Source: Candidatus Electrothrix scaldis (GTDB lineage Bacteria; Desulfobacterota; Desulfobulbia; Desulfobulbales; Desulfobulbaceae). From it: a stretch of DNA of 24,000 nucleotides. Below the pieces are notes generated by a model. The model was not told the DNA's origin and searched no databases. It worked only from the letters and a program-made list of their open reading frames with translations. Each line of letters begins with the position of its first letter. The stretch's first letter is position 1. This document shows, piece after piece, positions 1-6,942 of the stretch. The position numbers and the translations under genes were made by a program. The stretch spans positions 2,279,826-2,303,825 of the forward strand of contig CP138355.1 in the NCBI GenBank assembly GCA_033584155.1, written 5' to 3'.

Positions 1-1950
1 CATTTTGGCGGTGATCTCTTTGACAAACTCAGGAGCCTCAGCAGGTACGGTCGGGGGCAGTTCGTGTCCGGTGATCTTGTCCGACAGAGCAACCTCAACG
101 ATGTTGTTGACTGCGGCATCAACGGCGTCGTAGTTCATGTTAACGATCTTATCACCCTTCTTGCCGTAGGTCTTCTTGATCGCGGTCTTGATTGCGTCAA
201 TAGCCTCGTCTTTCTTCAGGATGCCGGAGATCAGGAAGAAAGCGGTCTGCATAATCATATTGATGCGTGCGCCCAGACCAATAGCTAGACCCAGCTTGAT
301 TGCATCGATGATATAGAATTTTGCTTTCTTATCGATCAGCTGCTGCTGTACCTTAGCTGGCAGGTGATCCCAAACCTGATCCTTATCATAGGTAGTAGTC
401 AGCAGGAAGGTGCCGCCGTCTTCCAGGTTAGCCAGCATATCGTAGCTGTTCAGGAAAGTGAAATTATGGCAGGCAATGAAGCTGGCCTTGCTGATCAGGT
501 ACGGAGCAACAACCTGATTCTCACCAAAACGGAGATGAGAAACAGTCATGGAACCGGATTTCTTGGAATCGTAAACAAAATAACCCTGAGCAGAGTTATC
601 TGTCTCAGTACCGATGATCTTAATGGTGTTCTTGTTGGCACCAACAGTACCGTCAGAACCCAGACCGTAGAACATGGCGCGGTAGACATCATCACCTTCG
701 ATGTTGAAGGCCTTGTCGTAGCTCAGAGAGCTGTGAGTCACATCGTCGTTAGGGCCAACGCAGAAATGGTTTTTCGGGGCCAGGGAAGCCATGTTGTCAT
801 ACACAGACTTAACCATTGCCGGGCTGAATTCCGCAGAACCCAGACCGTAGCGACCATTCAGAATCATAGGGACAAACATCGTCGGATTGGCCTCAGCAGC
901 CTCACCGATTGCAGCGCGAACATCCAGATACAGAGGATCTCCCGGAGCACCAGGCTCTTTGCAGCGATCCAATACTGTGATGCGCTCAACAGAAGAGGGC
1001 AGAGCGTTTACCATCGCCTTCATATCAAAGGGGCGGAACAGGCGAACAATAACCATACCCACCTTGCGTCCTTCAGCAACCAGATGGTCGATGGTGGCGG
1101 CCACGGTCTCAGCACCAGAACCCATGATGACAACGACGTCGGTTGCATCAGGCGCACCGTAGTAATCAAAGAGGTGATACTGGCGACCGGTCAGGGCAGC
1201 AAATTTGTCCATTGTCTCCTGGACAATACCTGGAACCGCGTTGTAATACTTATTAACCGTCTCACGACCGGTGAAGTAGACATCCGGGTTCTGGGCTGTA
1301 CCAGACATAGAAGGACGATCCGGGGTCAGCGCGCGGGCGCGGTGCTCGGTGATCAGTTTTTCGTCGATCATCTCCAGCATGTCCTCATTGGTCAACTGCT
1401 CCATTTTCTGGATCTCGTGGGAGGTCCGGAAACCATCAAAGAAATGGAGGAAAGGAATTCTGGAAGCCAGAGTGGACTGGGTAGAGATCAGCGCCATATC
1501 CTGTGCTTCCTGAACGTTTTGTGAACAGAGCATGGACCAACCGGTCTGACGAGCACTCATGACATCGCCGTGGTCGCCGAAGATCGATAGACCCTGACAG
1601 GCAATGGAACGTGCTGTTACATGAAAAACTGTCGGGGTGAGCTCACCAGCCAGTTTGTACATATTAGGCAGCATCAGCAGCAGACCCTGGGACGCGGTAA
1701 AAGTGGTGCAGAGTGCGCCTGTGGCCAAAGATCCATGCAGGGAGCCAGCAACACCACCCTCAGACTGCATCTGAGAGATGACGGGTACAGAACCCCAGAT
1801 ATTTTTCTGCTTCGCAGTGGCCTTGGCATCTGCCTCAGCCGCCATCGGTGAAGAAGGGGTAATGGGGTAGATGGTGATGACTTCACTGGTGGCGTAGGCA
1901 ACATGTGTACACGCCTGATTGCCGTCAATGGTGACCATTTTTCGCGACAT
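1..1950 (-). CDS. por: pyruvate:ferredoxin(flavodoxin) oxidoreductase, homodimeric PFOR/NifJ type; N-terminal 650 codons, 3' end beyond window edge
   Basis: I checked the minus-strand frame triplet by triplet: it is open from 1950 to position 1 with no stop. The ATG at 1950-1948 has an AAGGGAGA Shine-Dalgarno about 7 nt upstream. The translation begins MSRKMVTIDGNQACTHVAYATSEVITIYPITPSSPMAAEADAKA..SQMQSEGGVAGSLHGSLATGALCTTFTASQGLLLMLPNMYKLAGELTPTVFHVTAR..HFFDGFRTSHEIQK. At the window edge it reads ..IKKTYGKKGDKIVNMNYDAVDAAV... Both stretches closely match the Desulfovibrio-type PFOR as I remember it. It is absent from the ORF track only because no stop codon falls inside the window. Confidence 0.92.
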   Translation of the reverse strand, partial: MSRKMVTIDGNQACTHVAYATSEVITIYPITPSSPMAAEADAKATAKQKNIWGSVPVISQMQSEGGVAGSLHGSLATGALCTTFTASQGLLLMLPNMYKLAGELTPTVFHVTARSIACQGLSIFGDHGDVMSARQTGWSMLCSQNVQEAQDMALISTQSTLASRIPFLHFFDGFRTSHEIQKMEQLTNEDMLEMIDEKLITEHRARALTPDRPSMSGTAQNPDVYFTGRETVNKYYNAVPGIVQETMDKFAALTGRQYHLFDYYGAPDATDVVVIMGSGAETVAATIDHLVAEGRKVGMVIVRLFRPFDMKAMVNALPSSVERITVLDRCKEPGAPGDPLYLDVRAAIGEAAEANPTMFVPMILNGRYGLGSAEFSPAMVKSVYDNMASLAPKNHFCVGPNDDVTHSSLSYDKAFNIEGDDVYRAMFYGLGSDGTVGANKNTIKIIGTETDNSAQGYFVYDSKKSGSMTVSHLRFGENQVVAPYLISKASFIACHNFTFLNSYDMLANLEDGGTFLLTTTYDKDQVWDHLPAKVQQQLIDKKAKFYIIDAIKLGLAIGLGARINMIMQTAFFLISGILKKDEAIDAIKTAIKKTYGKKGDKIVNMNYDAVDAAVNNIVEVALSDKITGHELPPTVPAEAPEFVKEITAKM

Positions 1951-2017
1951 AAAAAATCTCCCTTAATCGTGAGGTTGACGTATTTCGGCGATGCAGCCGA
2001 AAAAAGAAAAAACTAAA

Positions 2018-2037
2018 AATAAACAGTACTGTTTATT
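2018..2037. promoter_or_regulatory. perfect 20-bp palindrome AATAAACAGT/ACTGTTTATT in the por / HAD divergent intergenic region; candidate operator or 5'-UTR hairpin
   Basis: Read directly: 2018-2027 is the exact reverse complement of 2028-2037. It lies 68-87 nt upstream of the por ATG. Confidence 0.3.
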
Positions 2038-2252
2038 CGATAATGCAGTTTGTTGAGTATAAGACCCGGCCTCTATCATGCCTGTTGACAGGTTGCGCCA
2101 AGCAGGCGTCCATGATACAAAGTAGAGAATTCCTGGTAGGTTGGTGTACTTTGATGCCAAGAGACTGGGCTGGAAAGTAATACTTCATAAAAGAACAATA
2201 ATTTATCATTATAGAGCATTGTTTCCAATTATGCAAGGGTGAAAGCACGTCA

Positions 2253-2915
2253 ATGGGCTTAGATATGCTTGAGCCAAGGGAAAGGTCTATGCATCAGGCG
2301 ATAATTTTTGATTTTGACGGCACTATTGCTGACTCCTTTAATAGTTTTTTTGTTGTCTGGAACAGGATAGCAGTTGAGAACGGCTATAGAGTTGTATCGG
2401 CAGAGGAAATTGAGGGCTTTCGGGGAAAAGAATCTCAGGAGGTGGTGCGAGCTCTAAAGATTCCTTCCTTCAAGCTTCCCTTTGTTCTGCACCGTGCAAG
2501 AAAGGAATTCGGAAAAATCATACCGGAAATTCCCCTGGTGGCGGGCATGAAAGAAACCTTGTTCGAGCTCCAGGCACAGGGGATTCAGCTCGGCCTGCTA
2601 ACCTCTAATGCCTCGGAAAATGTACAGGCCTTTTTTACTGTCCATCAACTGGATTGCTTTGATATTCTCTTTGCCTCTTCCGGGCTCTGGGGAAAAGCGA
2701 GACGCATCGAAAAAATCATTACCATACATCAGCTTGAGAAAAAACAGGTACTCTATGTCGGTGACGAAACCAGGGATATTGAGGCGGCACGGAAGGCAGG
2801 GGTGCAAGTTGCCGCTGTGACCTGGGGATATAATAACGCGGAGGTTCTGAAGAATTTTTCACCGGATCATCTGGTAAACCAGCCCCATGAACTTCTTTCG
2901 TTTATGGGGTTGTGA
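2253..2915 (+). CDS. HAD-IA family hydrolase (phosphoglycolate phosphatase / PpaX-like)
   Basis: HAD motif I IIFDFDGTIADS (DxDGT), motif II LLTSN, and motif III/IV K..YVGDETRDIEAARKAG. The true start may be the internal Met at 2265 or 2289 (MHQAIIFDFDG). Confidence 0.8.
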   Translation: MGLDMLEPRERSMHQAIIFDFDGTIADSFNSFFVVWNRIAVENGYRVVSAEEIEGFRGKESQEVVRALKIPSFKLPFVLHRARKEFGKIIPEIPLVAGMKETLFELQAQGIQLGLLTSNASENVQAFFTVHQLDCFDILFASSGLWGKARRIEKIITIHQLEKKQVLYVGDETRDIEAARKAGVQVAAVTWGYNNAEVLKNFSPDHLVNQPHELLSFMGL

Positions 2916-2940
2916 CAGAAAAGCCATCTTATCCATTCTA

Positions 2941-3696
2941 TTAGAGCAAGATTTCTGTAAGTACTAATCCTGTTGCGGCAAAGAGTAAGCTTGCTGACAG
3001 AAGCACATCGCTTTTTTGCAGACCATTTGTGTCATATAGGCTATGAAATTCCCCCGAGAAACCACGTAACTCCATTGCTTGCTGGACTCGCGTCCCCCGA
3101 TTCCAGCTCCGCACCAGCATCATACCCAACATATAACTATAGGTCCTGTAGGTATGGAGGTCGGTTTTCGGCTGAAAGCAGCGCAAGGTAGCTGCTCGCT
3201 GCAAACGAAAAAGCTCCTGCTGGATGAGTGATATGTAGCGGTAAGAGAAAAGGAGCAGCAGGCAGAGCTTAGGAGAAAGGCGCAGTTGCTGAAGCCCGTG
3301 GCCAAGCTGGGCAGCTGTAGAGGTAGCCAGGAGGCTGATGAAAAGAAGAACAACCGCGTTGGATTTAACGGTGATCAGGAGACCGAGAAAAAGACCAGTA
3401 CTGTTCAGCTTGAGTCCGAGCAGTGAAAAGCTGTCTTCGCCGGTATAGGTCAGCGGCAGAATAAGACAGAGTAAGATATTGAAGCTGTTCACCAGGAGTA
3501 GACGGCGTAGGAGCATCTTCCAGGAAAGATGGGCTGCCAGGACGAGGATGCATGCGAGCAGAAAGCCAAGTAAACTGGTGGCCCAGCTCTGACTCAGGGC
3601 AATAATCAGACTGAGGATAGCAGTGCAGATCAGCTTCGCTCTGGGATCTGTCCGGTGCAGGAATGAAGTGCCGTCACTGAATTGTTCAAAGGTCAT
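2941..3696 (-). CDS. cbiQ: ECF transporter transmembrane (T) component, CbiQ/NikQ
   Basis: 251-aa polytopic membrane protein. The N-terminus ..FLHRTDPRAKLICTAILSLIIAL.. is typical of CbiQ/EcfT. It is the last gene of the cbiM-containing operon. Confidence 0.8.
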   Translation of the reverse strand: MTFEQFSDGTSFLHRTDPRAKLICTAILSLIIALSQSWATSLLGFLLACILVLAAHLSWKMLLRRLLLVNSFNILLCLILPLTYTGEDSFSLLGLKLNSTGLFLGLLITVKSNAVVLLFISLLATSTAAQLGHGLQQLRLSPKLCLLLLFSYRYISLIQQELFRLQRAATLRCFQPKTDLHTYRTYSYMLGMMLVRSWNRGTRVQQAMELRGFSGEFHSLYDTNGLQKSDVLLSASLLFAATGLVLTEILL

Positions 3697-3775
3697 ACGC
3701 TGCCAATAACGTTTTGCGGTGTGTCGCTGCTTGATGAGTTTTTTGAGAGGACTCTAGAAAAGAGTCTTGAGAGAT

Positions 3776-3795
3776 CCCGCCCCCGAAAGGGCGGG
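3776..3795 (-). other. GC-rich intercistronic stem-loop between the periplasmic-component gene and cbiQ
   Basis: CCCGCCC (3776-3782) pairs with GGGCGGG (3789-3795) around a 6-nt loop. No U-tract follows on the minus strand, so this looks like an attenuator or mRNA-stabilising hairpin rather than a full terminator. A second 6-bp hairpin, GACTCT-AGAAA-AGAGTC, lies just 5' of this stem-loop in + coordinates (about 3751-3767). Confidence 0.4.
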
Positions 3796-3833
3796 CATGT
3801 AACTTCTCTTCCTGAACGATAAACGAGGGGGGG

Positions 3834-4604
3834 CTATTTTTTATAGGAGTCCAGGTAAGTCCAAAGAACCGCACCCAGCTCTACTCCCTTCTCGTTTCCT
3901 TCAGGATCCTTGATGGTGTAGTCAGCTTCATTCAGTGCGGCAAATCCCCACCAGCCAGGCTGAGGGCAGGCAAAGGTGAAAACGCCGTTCTCATCAGCCT
4001 TAACTACCTGGGTGACATGGTAGTCGCTCGGTGCTTTGAATTTCTTGTCTTTATTGTACAGCTCAACCTCAACCTCAGCACCAGGAACCGGTTTTCCTTT
4101 TAGCAGAACCTGACCGGAAAAGCTATTGCCTGCATAATTACCAAAAGGACGGGTGAGTGGAACAATCTCTGTGGCAATACCAACTGGCTCGTCCCAGCCT
4201 TGGTCATCACCAAAGGCTGCGATCAGGGTTTTGGTGTAGTGGATGATAGATACATCCTCAGCTGGCTCCCAGTAGGGAGTCGGTTCCATAACAAAGGTGT
4301 ATACGCCAGGGCGTTTAATGGCCACCTCGGTTGTCCAGGCAGCATGATCCATGACCTTCGACTCTTTGAGCGCAGGCAGCAGGTCGGTTTTCTTGTCGCC
4401 TGCCATCATAAAAAATGCCTTAGGTTTTACCAGATCCATGCCGATCATTTCAAAGGGATGGGAAAAAGAAAGGTCAAGTTCAACACTCTTCTTTTTAGGC
4501 TCCAGAATGTTCTCTGAAGGAATAACCATTCCGAAATGGGCAAGGGCCTCACCTGTCATGCAGGCGAGAAAGAGTGCGGTTGCGGCAACAGCTTTGATCT
4601 TCAT
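3834..4604 (-). CDS. periplasmic DUF4198/COG5266-type metal-uptake component (NikK-like)
   Basis: Sec signal peptide MKIKAVAATALFLACMTGEALA with His directly after the predicted cleavage site (HFGMVIPS), as in DUF4198 'nickel uptake' proteins. GGAG RBS 9 nt upstream. Sits inside the cbiM..cbiQ operon. Confidence 0.65.
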   Translation of the reverse strand: MKIKAVAATALFLACMTGEALAHFGMVIPSENILEPKKKSVELDLSFSHPFEMIGMDLVKPKAFFMMAGDKKTDLLPALKESKVMDHAAWTTEVAIKRPGVYTFVMEPTPYWEPAEDVSIIHYTKTLIAAFGDDQGWDEPVGIATEIVPLTRPFGNYAGNSFSGQVLLKGKPVPGAEVEVELYNKDKKFKAPSDYHVTQVVKADENGVFTFACPQPGWWGFAALNEADYTIKDPEGNEKGVELGAVLWTYLDSYKK

Positions 4605-4685
4605 CGGTTGTACTCCTTTTTTTACATCAGATATTATATTTGAGGATCAGAAAATACGATCCAGTTTTTTCCGACAGTGAATTTC

Positions 4686-5294
4686 TTATTCGGCTGTCGA
4701 GTTCTTCTTCTTTTTTTTGTTTGATTGTATCCAGGCAAAGAGAGCGGCCAGGCCGATAATACAGCCGATCCCGCCGACAATATCACGTGGGCGTACTTTT
4801 TTTTCCCGTGCTTCAGCTAATTGTTGTTTTATGGGAGTCAGTTCCCTTGTTAATTCCTGCCGCACTATTTCCCGGACAGTTTTTACATCCAGTGTTCCTT
4901 GGTTTGCCTCCACAACAGGAGAGTTTGTGGAGGCATCCGGCAGAAGGTATTCATCTGCTGTGAGGAGCCATTCTCCACGGTGCCCGTCCCCTGAGTTTGC
5001 TATGATCCGTAGATCAGCTTTTTGTTCTATAGCCTTTTGGGGTGGCGGAAATTGGAATTTTCCTTCTCTATCTGTCTCTACACTGAGAAGAACCGTGTCT
5101 GATTGAGCATTCTGAACCTGTATGGTTATATTCTTTGCCTTGCGTCCCCCACTGAAGAAAGCCTCACCATAGATCTGGTCACCTTCTGCCCAGGAAAATA
5201 TGTTCAGTTTATGTGCCCGGGCTGGTGATGCTGTCAGCAGACTGAACAGGCAGATGAGAACGACAAATATTCCATGAAGAGAAGGTCTCTTCAT
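4686..5294 (-). CDS. bitopic periplasmic protein, NikL-like accessory component of Nik/Cbi ECF transporter
   Basis: Signal peptide ..LLTASPARA followed by HKLNIFSWAEGDQIYGEAFFSGG. It has a C-terminal TM anchor IVGGIGCIIGLAALFAWI plus a Lys-rich tail. Its ATG overlaps the cbiM stop (ATGA at 5291-5294), which suggests translational coupling. Confidence 0.55.
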   Translation of the reverse strand: MKRPSLHGIFVVLICLFSLLTASPARAHKLNIFSWAEGDQIYGEAFFSGGRKAKNITIQVQNAQSDTVLLSVETDREGKFQFPPPQKAIEQKADLRIIANSGDGHRGEWLLTADEYLLPDASTNSPVVEANQGTLDVKTVREIVRQELTRELTPIKQQLAEAREKKVRPRDIVGGIGCIIGLAALFAWIQSNKKKKKNSTAE

Positions 5295-5893
5295 GCGTAC
5301 TTGAGGTGGAGGATTTCAGGCTGTACCTTGGCAAGGAAGCTGACCGTAAACATGGTAATACATCCCTCAATGATCATGATCGGGAGGTTTGCAGCAACAA
5401 TAAGTTGGGCCGCTGCCATGAAGCCTGTGTCTGTCAGGGCAAGAGCGCAGGAGGTCAGGAGTGAGGCCAAGAGGATAGCGAAAAAGCCTGCAAAAAAAGC
5501 AGCTAGAGAACGTGTTTTCGGGTTATCCATCCAAGGACGGGTGAGGTAGTAACAACAAAGGGCTGGGGCACCCATTGTTACTGTATTTACACCAAGAACG
5601 GCAAATCCCCCGAATTGGAAAAACAGGGCTTGCAGAAAGAGGGCAACCAAGATCGCCGGAAAAGCTGCCCACCCGAGCATTACCCCAAGGAGACCGATTA
5701 GCATCAAATGCACGGAACCTGGGCCGAGCGGTACATGAACAAGTCCAGCAACAAAAAAGGCTGAAGAGAGAAGGGCGACAGGCATGATCTCATCAATATC
5801 AATTTTTTTCAAGCCGATAACGGTACCTATTGCAGCTATAACGCCACCACTTATTAAAACTGGTGCGGAAAGAATGCCTTCTGAAATGTGCAT
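5291..5893 (-). CDS. cbiM: ECF transporter substrate-capture (S) component CbiM/NikM
   Basis: The conserved mature N-terminus MHISEGIL.. starts at 5893; Met1-His2 belong to the metal site in CbiM/NikM. The track ORF extends to 6022, but that 43-aa extension is not CbiM-like. The rest is a multi-TM protein. Confidence 0.85.
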   Translation of the reverse strand: MHISEGILSAPVLISGGVIAAIGTVIGLKKIDIDEIMPVALLSSAFFVAGLVHVPLGPGSVHLMLIGLLGVMLGWAAFPAILVALFLQALFFQFGGFAVLGVNTVTMGAPALCCYYLTRPWMDNPKTRSLAAFFAGFFAILLASLLTSCALALTDTGFMAAAQLIVAANLPIMIIEGCITMFTVSFLAKVQPEILHLKYA

Positions 5894-6206
5894 GGGAATC
5901 ACCGGTAATATTTTTTTAATGTTTGTAACACTAAAATCCTGTTTACTATAAAGCAGAATGCTTGTCAAGCTGTAGGTAAAAAATGCAAAAGAAGGATCTT
6001 TTTCGTAGGGAAAATGGGGCACTAAATATTTTTTGAAGAATTTATATTAAAAAATACGGTAATCAAGCCGGTTACAAAGGAAGGGAAGGAGAGATGGAAT
6101 GCAATGCTGTGTAGATAATATTCTGTTTTTTTGCCGTTATTTTGTGTTGCGCTCCTGTGTAATTGGGTAGGGAAAGATAGGGTTAACAGATCATGCAAAA
6201 AAAATA

Positions 6207-6234
6207 TTGACAGTAAAAATATTAAGGGTATCTT
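6207..6234 (+). promoter_or_regulatory. candidate sigma70 promoter for ferredoxin gene
   Basis: TTGACA (6207-6212), a 16-nt spacer, then TATCTT (6229-6234). This would give a 5' UTR of about 90 nt ending in the AAGGAG RBS at 6318-6323. Confidence 0.4.
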
Positions 6235-6329
6235 TGCCGAAGTCAGTACATGTTATATTGTACAAAATTAATCGTGAGGTTATTTTATAAAAAGGGCTCG
6301 TCATAAGGGCCGCTAACAAGGAGAAAACC

Positions 6330-6515
6330 ATGTTTGAAGTAGTTGTAGACAAAGACAAGTGTGTAGGTTGTGAAGAGTGTGTTGGATCTTGCCCTGCTGG
6401 CGTGTTCGAGATCGCTGACGGAAAAGCTGATCCTGTTAACGAAGATGAATGTCTGGGTTGTGAGACCTGTGTAGAGGTTTGTGACGCAGATGCTATCACC
6501 GTTACTGAGGTTTAA
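6330..6515 (+). CDS. small 2x[4Fe-4S] ferredoxin
   Basis: 61 aa with two cluster motifs: [12 protein letters not shown] and [12 protein letters not shown] (8 Cys). Strong AAGGAG RBS 6 nt upstream of the ATG. Confidence 0.92.
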   Translation: MFEVVVDKDKCVGCEECVGSCPAGVFEIADGKADPVNEDECLGCETCVEVCDADAITVTEV

Positions 6516-6533
6516 GAACCACAGTTGATGATG

Positions 6534-6576
6534 AAGGGCAGCGGTTTATAGCTCTTGAGGTATTCCGTTGTCCCTT
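6534..6576 (+). terminator. possible terminator hairpin after ferredoxin
   Basis: AAGGGCAGCGG (6534-6544) pairs with CCGTTGTCCCTT (6565-6576) with one bulge and one G-U pair. TTTATCGTTCATT follows. The loop is long (20 nt), so the call is only moderate. Confidence 0.4.
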
Positions 6577-6872
6577 TATCGTTCATTAAGTGGGAGTTCT
6601 TACGTCCCCTGTTTCCTGCTTTAAAATTTTTTCCCTAATATTTTCTCAGCTTCTTCATCTTTCCTCTCCATTTTTCTTTCTTCAGCAAACTTTTCAGATA
6701 GTTTTTTACACCTCGTCCGTCTCACTTCCTCGCTGTGGTGCCCGAGATAGGGGAGGATCTGTCTTCGTAGCGATCATACGTGTTACCTCTCCCTCCTCTA
6801 CACTCTCTTCTGAGAGGTTTACGGAAGAGTTATTTTTCTTTTCCTGCGTTGTTGCTTTCCTGGAAATGACAC

Positions 6873-6912
6873 AAAAAAGGGGGCACAGGGAATTTCTCCC
6901 TATGCCCCCTTT
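6873..6912 (-). terminator. rho-independent terminator of the Cys-repeat gene (potentially bidirectional)
   Basis: On the minus strand, AAGGGGGCATAGGGAGAAATTCCCTGTGCCCCCTT is followed by TTTTTGTG. The outer stem is 9 bp perfect with an inner AGGGA/TCCCT pairing. It lies 31 nt past the stop at 6943. Confidence 0.75.
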
Positions 6913-6942
6913 GGACTTTTTGTTATGGCAGCAGCGATTTAA

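Noticed and set aside
64-1851. Plus-strand track ORFs 64-288, 364-1524 (386 aa), 887-1162 and 1621-1851
   Set aside because: All are antisense to the PFOR gene, whose minus-strand frame is open across 1-1950 and translates to an unmistakable PFOR sequence. The plus-strand translations are low-complexity, with no motifs or RBS. They are shadow ORFs of a strongly codon-biased gene. The same applies to 1674-1928(-), which is in the wrong frame.
5905-5931. Possible NikR operator: GTGTTAC half-site (minus strand, 5931-5925) overlapping the cbiM leader
   Set aside because: The partner half-site 13 nt away (ATATTAC) matches only 4 of 7 positions of the expected GTAACAC. My recollection of the deltaproteobacterial NikR consensus is itself uncertain, so this is too weak to call.
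5894-6022. 43-codon N-terminal extension of the cbiM ORF in the track
   Set aside because: CbiM/NikM function requires the mature N-terminus Met-His-x-x-E-G. The MHISEGIL start at 5893 fits this, and the extension (MPHFPYEKDPSFAFFTYS..) has no counterpart in the family.
5894-6200. Cobalamin riboswitch upstream of cbiM
   Set aside because: Reading the minus strand, I found no B12-box-like element and no extended structured leader. The only promoter-like TTGACA (about 5965) would leave roughly 45 nt of leader. This still needs an Rfam scan to exclude formally.
6191-6499. Minus-strand ORF 6191-6499 (102 aa)
   Set aside because: It is antisense to the strongly supported ferredoxin gene and its leader. 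The translation is Ser/Thr-rich and low-complexity with no RBS.
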